Positions 50,191 through 59,433 of a stretch of 64,000 nucleotides of DNA are shown piece after piece. Source of the stretch: a virus; the IMG/VR virus record IMGVR_UViG_3300042542_005279, positions 17,617-81,616 of that record; one strand, 5' to 3'. Under the pieces are notes generated by a model, which was given only the letters and a program-made list of their open reading frames with translations, did no database searches and had not been told where the DNA came from. A program made the translations under genes and the position numbers. How positions within the stretch are numbered: the first letter of the stretch is position 1; every line of letters begins with the position of its first letter.

Positions 50191-50930
50191 AACTCAACCC
50201 CAAATGTGATATCAACTATCACTTTTTCTCCTGATGGGGCGGTTACTTCTTTTTGTAAATCTAATCTTGGTTCATTATCGTTTAGAAAATTTCTTATGAA
50301 TTTTGAATCAGCAATCGGTAATGATTCAATAAATTTAGCAATGTAACCTCTATCAGTATTATTATCAACTGAAATTATTTGTTTGTTCAATCTCCATGTA
50401 ACTTTTGGAGCCACTCTGTTTGAGGGATAATCGTTTGCCATTTTTTCCAAATCTAAACTATCCATCAATGATATTGGTTTTAATTTTACTTCACTTCCTG
50501 TTTTTGGAAGTTTTACAATAAACGTACCTTCCTCGTTCGGTTTTATCTCCGTCTTTTTTATATTTAACTCATCTAATAAAATAGTTACAGGAAATCTCCT
50601 ATCTGTTTTGGGGTCTGTCAAACTAACTTCGTATTCGGGTCCAAATGCAGTATTTCTGAGGAAAATTAAAATCGCTTCAATATCACCAGTCAATAATTCT
50701 TCAGGTCTTAAATCTGACTCGTACAACTTATTTCTCAAAAGAGATAAAACAACACCTTCTGTATTATTTTTTGGGGCACCAATTAATATATTCTCGTCTG
50801 AAGCGGTTAGGTATCCAACTTTTACCGATTTTTTCTTGCTTTTGTAAAAAATACCTCCTGATGGTAAAACTACCATATCATGGGGTAGTGTGAAATTCAT
50901 TTGACCATATTGCGCAATGTCCTGTTCCAT
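50172..50930 (-). CDS. Tail/baseplate-hub assembly chaperone (T4 gp26-like)
   Basis: VVLPSGG, YLTASDENIL, GDIEAILIFLRNTAFGPEY and C-terminal FGVEFFRP; lies between tail tube and tape measure. Confidence 0.78.
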   Translation of the reverse strand: MEQDIAQYGQMNFTLPHDMVVLPSGGIFYKSKKKSVKVGYLTASDENILIGAPKNNTEGVVLSLLRNKLYESDLRPEELLTGDIEAILIFLRNTAFGPEYEVSLTDPKTDRRFPVTILLDELNIKKTEIKPNEEGTFIVKLPKTGSEVKLKPISLMDSLDLEKMANDYPSNRVAPKVTWRLNKQIISVDNNTDRGYIAKFIESLPIADSKFIRNFLNDNEPRLDLQKEVTAPSGEKVIVDITFGVEFFRPFY

Positions 50931-50975
50931 AGTTTTGTTTTATCAAAAAAATATAAAACTATTTTGATAAATAAA

Positions 50976-51010
50976 CAAAAAAATCCCATAACACTGTGTG
51001 CTTGGGACTT
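50976..51010 (-). terminator. Probable terminator after the tail tube gene
   Basis: Minus strand GTCCCAAGCAC-ACA-GTGTTATGGGA imperfect hairpin followed by TTTTTTT. Confidence 0.55.
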
Positions 51011-51029
51011 TTCTATGAAAAAAATTATA

Positions 51030-51518
51030 TTAGTATACCAAAATACAACGGTCCATTCTCATGGTCGCTGAAATAGTTGCTAAACCATCTTGACCATAAC
51101 CTACAGAGTCAAAATTCACATCTGATAGGAATGTACCTTCAAGAATCCATTTTTCAACAACAACACCTGTTGGGTCTAACATTTCAAGGTCAACATTTTT
51201 CTTGTACCCTGCAGCATAACCCATACGACCTGTAACAGATTCTGCACAAAGACGAACCCACTCCATAAGAGCCTGAGACGCCGATGGACCAATTGGGTCA
51301 CGGAATTTAGCGGGTAAGGTACTCCAATTGAATTTTCCTGCAACGTATGTTTCTGTATTCAAAAAAGGAATTGCAACAGGATTAATTGTAATATGTGGTC
51401 TTGCGGTAGACTCCACAAACCATTCGTTGATGCCCAAAGATGATGGAAATCTTAATATAAACCTATTTTGTCTTTTTGGTTCATACGGTATGGGCATTTT
51501 CATTAGTAAATCAGCCAT
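51030..51518 (-). CDS. Tail tube protein (T4 gp19-like)
   Basis: YEPKRQNRF, YVAGKFNW, ALMEWVRL, YKKNVDLEMLDPTGVVVEKWILEG; downstream of the sheath. Confidence 0.9.
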   Translation of the reverse strand: MADLLMKMPIPYEPKRQNRFILRFPSSLGINEWFVESTARPHITINPVAIPFLNTETYVAGKFNWSTLPAKFRDPIGPSASQALMEWVRLCAESVTGRMGYAAGYKKNVDLEMLDPTGVVVEKWILEGTFLSDVNFDSVGYGQDGLATISATMRMDRCILVY

Positions 51519-51577
51519 TTTATTTAAATTTTAAGTTAGTTTATTTTTTATGATAAATATTATCAAGTTTATTTTTT

Positions 51578-52426
51578 TTAATACTTTCTTTTTATTCCCC
51601 CAGCAGTTGAGTAAGTTTGTAAAATATTTTCAGGTTCATTTTCAAAATGTTTTTTCATTGATTCAACATTTCTTATATCATCATCTGAAAATCCTAAAGT
51701 TGGTTCGGGAATAAAATTATTGCTCACATCATTTTTAAGGAATGCCTTTTTTCCAATTTCATTTGACATTTCTTTTATATATGATATAAACTCTTTCATT
51801 GCCTTTATTTTTCCTTCTTCTGGACTTGTTGCTGAACCTTCACCATATGACACAGGATAAAATCTACATAAATCTAAGTATTCGTTGATTATTTGAATTT
51901 TATCTTGAGTTCCTTGATATCCTGCAATATCTCTGTATTTTTCCAAATTTTTGACAAGTTCTGTGAATGAAATGCCATCTCTGTTTGAGACAATTAGATT
52001 GTAACAAGCCTCTCTTAAAACTGTTGGTGTATGTCCTCTTGCGGTAATAATTGCAAAAATTGAACCGTTATTTACCGCCTCAACAAAATCCGACCATGCG
52101 GGTCCTGTTGGCGCCGTAATTGAGTCAATTATAAATTTTTTGTCTCCTTGAACATTAAAATTTTTGAATGGTGTTTCACCGAAACCAACAATAATATTAC
52201 CTTCATATTTAAAATCTTCCTTACCTATTTTTGACCTATAATGTGCGAAATCTTCGGTTGACATTCCGACCTCTTCACCATCTTCGGTTTTTAAAATAAT
52301 TTTGGTTGGCATATACATAATATTATCGTCCCAATCAAAAGCATAATACTTCATATCGGGAGTTCCGGTCTCCGTAATCCCTTCGGATACGGAAACCGGT
52401 TTTTTATATCTTCCCTTTTTAATCAT
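51578..52426 (-). CDS. HAD-superfamily hydrolase/phosphatase
   Basis: HAD motif I AFDWDDNI, motif II IITARG, motif III Lys (EEGK) and motif IV GFSDDD. Confidence 0.75.
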   Translation of the reverse strand: MIKKGRYKKPVSVSEGITETGTPDMKYYAFDWDDNIMYMPTKIILKTEDGEEVGMSTEDFAHYRSKIGKEDFKYEGNIIVGFGETPFKNFNVQGDKKFIIDSITAPTGPAWSDFVEAVNNGSIFAIITARGHTPTVLREACYNLIVSNRDGISFTELVKNLEKYRDIAGYQGTQDKIQIINEYLDLCRFYPVSYGEGSATSPEEGKIKAMKEFISYIKEMSNEIGKKAFLKNDVSNNFIPEPTLGFSDDDIRNVESMKKHFENEPENILQTYSTAGGIKRKY

Positions 52427-52524
52427 TTTGACAATTTTTGAATTATTCTTTCCAATTGAGATTCAGTAACCATTATTGATTTTGGTTTTTTTGTCTCTTT
52501 TGGTTTTTCAACTTTATTCTTCAT
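52423..52524 (-). CDS. 33-aa microprotein MKNKVEKPKETKKPKSIMVTESQLERIIQKLSK (missed by the ORF track)
   Basis: Translated by hand; starts 5 nt after the sheath stop, and its TGA overlaps the HAD ATG (ATGA); carries the VTESQL motif. Confidence 0.6.
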   Translation of the reverse strand: MKNKVEKPKETKKPKSIMVTESQLERIIQKLSK

Positions 52525-52529
52525 AGATT

Positions 52530-55500
52530 TTAGATATTTTCAAATGAAGCACCTGTCGGAGTAATGTAGAATGTAATGTCAATAAATTCTAACGCTCTTG
52601 TAGGTTTGATGTAAATTGAACCAACTAATCTGTTATTATCCAAATCCTCAGGTGTGTTTCTTACAGTCACTCTGAAATCATAAAGACCTCTATCTCTTCT
52701 GATTGAATCCAAAATTGGATTAACCGCATCCAAGAATTGTTGTCTTACGATATCGTCGTTTTGTTCGAATAGTAACCTCACAGAAACTGCTGAAATTAAC
52801 TTACGAGCTTGTAGTAACAATCTTCTTACGTTAATTCTATCAAGAGCAGATTGAGCGATTTGTAAAGTTTTATTACCCCAAATTACTGTTCCAACATCAG
52901 AGAATGTTGCAATTGGATTAATTCTTCCTTCATATAACACATCTCTATCTTCTTGAGATAGTTTTCTTCTCGCCTTAACTGAATTTACAAGACCTCTTGT
53001 GTAACCTGCGGTTGCGAACCAAGGGAATGCAATATTATCAGTAAGTGCCAAGTTTCTTGTCACCTCAGCAGTTGGTGGAATATAAAGTTGTGTGTTGTTA
53101 ACCGTATCTCTTGTTAATACCCAAGGATAATATGTTGCCGTGTAATTTGAATCAATTGCTGAATCGATTAGATTATCTACCGCAGTTTGTGGGTAAATAG
53201 CATCTTCAGAATTTGAAGCCGATGGTACGAACATACTGTAATCAGGTGTAGTTGTAATGTAGATAGAATCCGCTCTGTCAATTTCAGCAACTTCAATCGC
53301 TGCGTTAACTAATAAAAGGTTATTTACATAATCAATACCTGGTGTAACAAATACGTTAATATTAACCGCCTCAGGATTAGCCATAGATTTCATTCCCAAC
53401 AAATATGCGTAGTAATCCGTGTTAGCATAATCTACTGAGTTTTGGTCAATTGTTATTTCTTTGAACATTCCTTGGCCTGTTGCCGATGGATATCTAGAAT
53501 TAAAACACGCACCTTTTTTATAACCTGAACCACCTAAGATAAATCTGTCAGTGTTTGTTCTTGACTCACGATAAATATCCCATCCATCAAAACCACCTGC
53601 TGGAACTACAGTAAATTTACGTGCAAATATTCTGTAGTAAGCATTGTCTTGGTTTTCTGGTTCTGATTGGAATGTTGCAGCACCTACATAGAATTCAGGA
53701 GTACCGCTTGTTACATAATCATTAGAGATTGTAATAGCACTTGCCTCTTTATCCATGTGGAAACCTCTTGTTTTATAGTTCCAATCAGGGAAATCTTCAG
53801 TATCACATAAATCACCATCATTTTGACCTCCTTTATAATCCAAGAAATCAATATCAATACCTATTTTATCACTAACACCTAAGAATGTTCTTCTCAAATT
53901 GTCTCCATTTGTAGTTAATGAATAACCCGCACCTACAGGTGTGTTGAAAGGTGGTTCGAAAATAGTTTCACCAGGGATGTCATATTTAGTTTTGTAGATT
54001 AAGAATGGTGATTTCGTAAATGTAGCACCACTGTACTCTCTTGTTACATATCCTTCAAAACCACATGGTATCGCGTCAATTGGAGCGTCCGCATTAAGTT
54101 CAACCATGATGAATTTAGACACTAATGAATATTCACCATCAGATGAACCTATTTTTTTACCGATGTAATTATTCAAGCTTGGATTCATTGAACATTTTGT
54201 ATATTTTTCAATAACAAAAGGATTTTGGTCTGTGTCATAAAAATCTCTAACTAAGATATCAAACGTATTATCAACGTAAGACATATTAGCCATTGATATC
54301 TTAACCTCTCTATTTGCAGAATCTCCATCAGAGATTGTTATAAATTTGAATAATCTGTAAACTGTGTTACCTCTTAATTCTGATACAATCCAAGGTGTTT
54401 GTGGAGTTTGGTATTTTTCCAAGTAGTTACCGATTGAAATGTTCGATGTACTTCTTGCCGAATTCAACTCAATCAAATCACAGTTCAATCCTCTAATGTA
54501 TCCTTTGTTGTAAGCCCAATATAAAAGGTTTGTGTATTCTTCTTCAACAAACAATGGAACTTCAGCTTTTGGTTTATCAAAGTTTGTATTTCCAAATACT
54601 TTTGATAGAGTGTTAGTTGCTGAAATACTCATGGATGTCTCGAAATCAAAGTTTGTACCTGAATTAGTTGTACCTGTAATTTTGAAAGTTGAGAACGGAT
54701 TTGACGTTACGCCAGAATAACTTCCTGTACAAACCATAGTAACACCGGTAGTTGCACTTACTTCGTATACAGGACCTGAACTATTAACGTATAGGTTAGC
54801 ACCTCTTGACCTTAAAGTTGCAACAACAAGGTTTTCGTAATCACTGAATGAAGTACCACTGAACTCGACCCAACCAATATTTATTCTTCCAAGAGCCGGA
54901 GGCCCTGTAATTATACCTACCGTGTTTTGTTGATAAGCATAGAAAGCGTAACCGGTATAAGTTCCATTAGAGTTGTCAAATAATGCATAATACCAAGCAT
55001 CATTACTTGAATTACTAAGGGTATTTGCCGAAAGTGATAAATTATCAACACTGTAAACATTAGTTTCTGCTGTAAGAGGAACGTTAGCATCTGGCGCCGA
55101 ACCACCTAATAAAGTGTTGTATGTCGCACTTGGTATACTACCAAAATAATATACCTCTGTATTATTTTCTTCTGTTCCACCTGTTGCATTATTAACCAAT
55201 GTTATTACTAATGAATTTAATTCCTCTCTAATAGAAGAGGTACTTCCATCATTATTTGTATAAGTCACATCCAAAAATGGTAACATTTGAGAAGGTATTT
55301 GACTTTGATTGAATGTAACTGTAAAAGGATTTGTAGTAGTATCGGCCGTAAAATTAACACCTGTTGACAAGTCGCTATTTGTAACAGCGATAGTACTTGG
55401 GTCAACATTTGCAATTGTTCTAATAGACCATGATGGGCCCGCATCATAACCTGATAAACCAAGAATTCTTGAAACGAATAATTGATTTGATTGTTGTAAA

Positions 55501-55748
55501 TATGCTTTAGCAATATATGCCGCCTCATATTTAGGAATTTGTGTGTTCACAAATTTTTCAGGAGAAGTACCTCCGAAAATTGTTTGAAATTCGTCGTAGT
55601 TAGATATAAAAATTGGTTCAAAAGCAGGACCTTTAAGGGTCTCACCCACAATACCCAATGTTGTAACACCTACACTAGAAGCGACAAAAGACAAATCAAC
55701 CTCAGATGTGTAAACCCCTGGAGAAACGAAAACTTTTGTGTTTGCCAT
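52530..55748 (-). CDS. Contractile tail sheath protein (T4 gp18-like)
   Basis: FVSPGVYTSEVDLS, GETLKGPAFEP, YTATYYPW, PWFATAGYTRG, LYEGRINPI, WGNKTL, DRINVRRLL, IYIKPTRALEFI. Confidence 0.96.
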   Translation of the reverse strand: MANTKVFVSPGVYTSEVDLSFVASSVGVTTLGIVGETLKGPAFEPIFISNYDEFQTIFGGTSPEKFVNTQIPKYEAAYIAKAYLQQSNQLFVSRILGLSGYDAGPSWSIRTIANVDPSTIAVTNSDLSTGVNFTADTTTNPFTVTFNQSQIPSQMLPFLDVTYTNNDGSTSSIREELNSLVITLVNNATGGTEENNTEVYYFGSIPSATYNTLLGGSAPDANVPLTAETNVYSVDNLSLSANTLSNSSNDAWYYALFDNSNGTYTGYAFYAYQQNTVGIITGPPALGRINIGWVEFSGTSFSDYENLVVATLRSRGANLYVNSSGPVYEVSATTGVTMVCTGSYSGVTSNPFSTFKITGTTNSGTNFDFETSMSISATNTLSKVFGNTNFDKPKAEVPLFVEEEYTNLLYWAYNKGYIRGLNCDLIELNSARSTSNISIGNYLEKYQTPQTPWIVSELRGNTVYRLFKFITISDGDSANREVKISMANMSYVDNTFDILVRDFYDTDQNPFVIEKYTKCSMNPSLNNYIGKKIGSSDGEYSLVSKFIMVELNADAPIDAIPCGFEGYVTREYSGATFTKSPFLIYKTKYDIPGETIFEPPFNTPVGAGYSLTTNGDNLRRTFLGVSDKIGIDIDFLDYKGGQNDGDLCDTEDFPDWNYKTRGFHMDKEASAITISNDYVTSGTPEFYVGAATFQSEPENQDNAYYRIFARKFTVVPAGGFDGWDIYRESRTNTDRFILGGSGYKKGACFNSRYPSATGQGMFKEITIDQNSVDYANTDYYAYLLGMKSMANPEAVNINVFVTPGIDYVNNLLLVNAAIEVAEIDRADSIYITTTPDYSMFVPSASNSEDAIYPQTAVDNLIDSAIDSNYTATYYPWVLTRDTVNNTQLYIPPTAEVTRNLALTDNIAFPWFATAGYTRGLVNSVKARRKLSQEDRDVLYEGRINPIATFSDVGTVIWGNKTLQIAQSALDRINVRRLLLQARKLISAVSVRLLFEQNDDIVRQQFLDAVNPILDSIRRDRGLYDFRVTVRNTPEDLDNNRLVGSIYIKPTRALEFIDITFYITPTGASFENI

Positions 55749-55783
55749 TTTTTTTGAGTTTTTTAAGATTTATTATTTTCTCA

Positions 55784-55790
55784 ATAAATA
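55784..55790 (-). promoter_or_regulatory. TATTTAT motif upstream of the tail sheath (one of about 18 copies; candidate phage late promoter)
   Basis: The same heptamer recurs on the coding strand upstream of many gene starts (see findings). Confidence 0.55.
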
Positions 55791-55868
55791 TTATCTCAAA
55801 AACCAAAAACTTTACTTAAAACAAAATATTTATATTTTAGGTAGATTATTTTCTACTTTTTTTCTATT

Positions 55869-56033
55869 ATGAGCTCCAGCAATTCAGAAATCAAAAATTT
55901 AAAAATTTCCAAAGAGACTCACGACATTCTAAAGACTTATTGTGATAAGCGAGGGATAAAAATTTATCGTTTCTTAGAACAACTTATTCGTGAAAAATGC
56001 GGAGATAAAAAAGATATTTACGGGGAAAATTAA
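55869..56033 (+). CDS. Ribbon-helix-helix DNA-binding protein, 54 aa (missed by the ORF track)
   Basis: Hand translation MSSSNSEIKNLKISKETHDILKTYCDKRGIKIYRFLEQLIREKCGDKKDIYGEN: beta strand (KNLKIS), helix, G-turn, helix. Confidence 0.7.
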   Translation: MSSSNSEIKNLKISKETHDILKTYCDKRGIKIYRFLEQLIREKCGDKKDIYGEN

Positions 56034-57070
56034 TTATTAAACCCTTCGTAAGATATTTTAGATTCCAAAGTGTTATCAACTTTGGTTACAATTATTTTGA
56101 CAACATCATTCGTGCTTATCTGTATGGTTATCAAATCTGAACCAAAAAAGTCCCCATTTACATAAACATCAAAAGTCGTAACGTTATCAGTATTCAATAA
56201 TGTTAATGTGTCAAATAAATTAAATGTTTTTTCAACTTCGGTAGTACCTGATGGAAATACAAATTCAATGTTTCTTGGTTCTGCAGGTTCATTTCTACCG
56301 TTAGTTTTCTTTGTTAAAATTTTACCATCACTTTCAAAAACCTGTAAAAATCTATTAACCGCAGGACTTACTGTAAATTCTTCTTCATCAATTAGAAAAC
56401 CTAACATAATAAATTCATAACTTTGGACATAATACTTTCTTTTATCTATATCCATTACAGATTCATCAGAGATATTGTTCCATATGATAGGTATATAATG
56501 TCCTTTAATTGTTGCATATGCTTGTCTTGATGCAAATTTTCCAAGAACCAACTGATTGAATCTGTTTAATTCTCTCATTCTATTACAAACAACCTTTACT
56601 TGGTATGTAATATCAACAGGAATTGGTTGAGGTATTTTATATACATCAGCCCCTAATTTTTTTCCATCCCATGTTGGTACAGTTGCATAAAAATATTGTC
56701 TTCTATTTGGGATATTGTATAAAACAGCAGGATTTGTTCCAAACTTAACTTCAGGTATTCTTACAGTTGTAACAAATGGAGGTTTAACATTGAAATCTAA
56801 GTCAACAAAATTCCATGTCTCGGTGAATTGAGCCCAATTTTGAGTCGTGATTATAATATCAACTGTAGGAACTATTTTACCATCAACAGATAATTCTAAT
56901 TCATTTTTAATAAAATCCAAAAATCCCCTATCTAAATCTGAATGTAAAATAGATTTAGGTAAGAAAGTACCATCTTTATTAATTTGGTCTATTAGCTCCT
57001 CCCTTCTTGGGAATAAAGTTTTCGGATAATTAAGTGGTATGTTTTTTTTGATTTTTTTTGGAAATGCCAT
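56030..57070 (-). CDS. Tail terminator / tail completion protein (T4 gp15-like)
   Basis: Between head-closure and sheath genes; PQPIPVDITYQVKV...MRELNRF...YEFIMLGFL pattern. Confidence 0.6.
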   Translation of the reverse strand: MAFPKKIKKNIPLNYPKTLFPRREELIDQINKDGTFLPKSILHSDLDRGFLDFIKNELELSVDGKIVPTVDIIITTQNWAQFTETWNFVDLDFNVKPPFVTTVRIPEVKFGTNPAVLYNIPNRRQYFYATVPTWDGKKLGADVYKIPQPIPVDITYQVKVVCNRMRELNRFNQLVLGKFASRQAYATIKGHYIPIIWNNISDESVMDIDKRKYYVQSYEFIMLGFLIDEEEFTVSPAVNRFLQVFESDGKILTKKTNGRNEPAEPRNIEFVFPSGTTEVEKTFNLFDTLTLLNTDNVTTFDVYVNGDFFGSDLITIQISTNDVVKIIVTKVDNTLESKISYEGFNN

Positions 57071-57071
57071 G

Positions 57072-57584
57072 TTATAATCCTCTAAATTCGTTATCCGTTA
57101 CAGGGGCTGCCATGATTGTTCTATAAAAAGGTCTATACCCTGCATAATTATGTTTATTATCCGACACAACACGACCATCATCAGTTACCGTATAATATCT
57201 AACTCTTGTTTCTGACTCATAATAACCGATATAATCACCAAACGCAATATCAATTCCAAGTTCTTGTAAGTGTTTGATATACACAGATATTCTAATATTT
57301 CCTGGTTCGGTCTGTTCAATTTTTGAGTTACCGTAATTTTTAGACGTTGGAGCCATAACTTGAACAAATGCTTTAAATTCAATTGGTGGGTCAAACTGAA
57401 TTCCGTCTTTTAGGGTTTCACCATAAACATCATCCTTTTTTGTTTTAATTCTGTTTACACGATATAAAACCAAAGTGAAGTTCATGTCCCCCTCCAACCA
57501 TTCAGAACCCATGTTGATATCCAAATCGTAATCCTCTGCACCAAAAAATTTACCTAATCTTGTAATTGGGACTTTCTTTGCCAT
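57072..57584 (-). CDS. Neck / head-closure protein (T4 gp14-like)
   Basis: LYRVNRIKTKKDDVYGE...FDPPIEF and LGIDIAFGDYI; canonical position upstream of terminator and sheath. Confidence 0.6.
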   Translation of the reverse strand: MAKKVPITRLGKFFGAEDYDLDINMGSEWLEGDMNFTLVLYRVNRIKTKKDDVYGETLKDGIQFDPPIEFKAFVQVMAPTSKNYGNSKIEQTEPGNIRISVYIKHLQELGIDIAFGDYIGYYESETRVRYYTVTDDGRVVSDNKHNYAGYRPFYRTIMAAPVTDNEFRGL

Positions 57585-57636
57585 AATATTGATAAATATT
57601 TACTTAATTCTTATTTTTAGTTATAAAACTATTTTT

Positions 57637-59391
57637 TTGGAAAACCTATTATCAATTGAACAAAAGGCCTTAGAAATTTTATCCACATATGATGGGGGTA
57701 ATAATTTTATTTTGCGTTTAAAGCAGCAACAATTGCTAAATAAAAAGTTTTTTCCAACAAGAACTCAATCTGATTACATTATAACTTATCATAACGATAA
57801 ACCAAAGGTCGCCAAAAAGTGGGTTGATTTGGACCCCTATTTTGCAAAGAAAATCGCTGATGAAAAATTATTTAGAGAAATACCTGATAAAGTTTATGTT
57901 GAGAAGTTATTGGTTGAGAAAGAAAAATCATATCACATTTGGGGTAAATTTTTTGAGAACGAACAAATGATTGATTTTTGGATGCCGAAAGGCGCTTTAG
58001 TTAAAACCCATACGGTAGAAAAAGTTGATATTGATTATTCAAAGTATTCTCATAGACCACCGCTTTCTCATCAAAAAGAAGCAATTGAGAAATTAGCAGG
58101 AAGTAAAAGGTTTATATTAGCCGATGATATGGGTTTGGGGAAAACTACCTCAACTATTATCGCTGCGTTAGAGTCAGGGGCAAAAAAGGTTTTGATTATA
58201 TGTCCCGCGTCTTTAAAGATAAATTGGGCAAGAGAAATCGAAAACTACACAGATAAATCAATTTATATTTGTGAGGGTAAAAACTTTTCAAGTGATGAGG
58301 ATTTTGTTATTGTAAATTATGATATCATAAAAAACTTTCACGACATCAAAGAAAAAGAGAATTCACAGATATTAAATGCAAATTTTGATTTGGTTATAAT
58401 TGATGAGGCGCATTATATCAAAAACTCACAAGCCCAAAGAACAAAACTTATTAATAACTTTGTTAAAAACGTTAATCGTCTATGGTTATTAACTGGAACC
58501 CCAATTACATCTCGTCCGATTGATTATTTTAATTTATTGTCTTTAATTGAATCCCCTGTTGCACAGAATTGGATGGCGTATGTAATTCGTTTTTGTGAGG
58601 GATACCAGTTTAGAGCGGGAAAAAGAAAGGTATGGAACGTTAATGGAGCATCCAACTTGGATGAACTTCGTGATAGAACCTCAAAACAAATATTAAGAAG
58701 ATTAAAAACCGATGTATTAGATTTACCTGAAAAAATAATTAACCCCGTTTATTTGAGATTAAAATCCAAAGAATATGAAAACCTTATGGGTGAGTATTAT
58801 GATTGGTATAGAAATAATAAAGAGGAGTCCTCATCACTTACAATTCAGTTTTCAAAACTGATGAAAGTAAGACAGGTAATCGCAGATGAAAAAGTTTCAC
58901 AAACGATAGAACTTGCTGAGAACATTTTAGAACAAGGAAAAAAAGTTATCATATTTTCTAACTTCACGGAACCTTTAAAGAGAATTTATGAACACTTTGG
59001 AAAATCTGCCGTTTATTTGGATGGTTCTTCTACCAAACCAGCAAGACAAAAGGCGGTGGATGATTTCCAAGACAATGATAAGGTCAAAGTTTTCTGTGGT
59101 AATATAAAGGCTGCGGGTGTTGGTATTACTTTAACATCCGCTGAGGTTGTTATCTTTAATGACTTATCTTTTGTTCCGTCGGACCATTCACAAGCCGAGG
59201 ATAGAGCGTACCGATATGGACAAAAAAATAGTGTATTAGTTTATTATCCCTTGTTTGAAAACACAATTGAGGGGGCGATTTACGACATCTTAATTAAGAA
59301 AAAAGGAATCTTTGAAACCGTGATGGGTGACAATTTAGATAGGGGTTCCGCCGCTGAACTAATACTGAATTCAATTAACTCGGAAGGATAA
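57637..59391 (+). CDS. SNF2-family (SMARCAL1/ZRANB3-like) helicase/ATPase (likely TTG start at 57637)
   Basis: HQKEA, LADDMGLGKT, CPASLKINW, DEAH, LLTGTP, LRRLK, AAGVGITL and QAEDRAYRYGQ motifs. Confidence 0.93.
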   Translation: MENLLSIEQKALEILSTYDGGNNFILRLKQQQLLNKKFFPTRTQSDYIITYHNDKPKVAKKWVDLDPYFAKKIADEKLFREIPDKVYVEKLLVEKEKSYHIWGKFFENEQMIDFWMPKGALVKTHTVEKVDIDYSKYSHRPPLSHQKEAIEKLAGSKRFILADDMGLGKTTSTIIAALESGAKKVLIICPASLKINWAREIENYTDKSIYICEGKNFSSDEDFVIVNYDIIKNFHDIKEKENSQILNANFDLVIIDEAHYIKNSQAQRTKLINNFVKNVNRLWLLTGTPITSRPIDYFNLLSLIESPVAQNWMAYVIRFCEGYQFRAGKRKVWNVNGASNLDELRDRTSKQILRRLKTDVLDLPEKIINPVYLRLKSKEYENLMGEYYDWYRNNKEESSSLTIQFSKLMKVRQVIADEKVSQTIELAENILEQGKKVIIFSNFTEPLKRIYEHFGKSAVYLDGSSTKPARQKAVDDFQDNDKVKVFCGNIKAAGVGITLTSAEVVIFNDLSFVPSDHSQAEDRAYRYGQKNSVLVYYPLFENTIEGAIYDILIKKKGIFETVMGDNLDRGSAAELILNSINSEG

Positions 59392-59433
59392 ATCGAAATA
59401 ACTTAATATTTATCAATACGAACATGAAATTAA

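Noticed and set aside
22486-57584. Bacterial extracellular contractile injection system, tailocin or prophage
   Set aside because: Neck proteins and a T4-like replication set are present, with no host housekeeping genes, integrase or att sites, which fits a lytic phage genome
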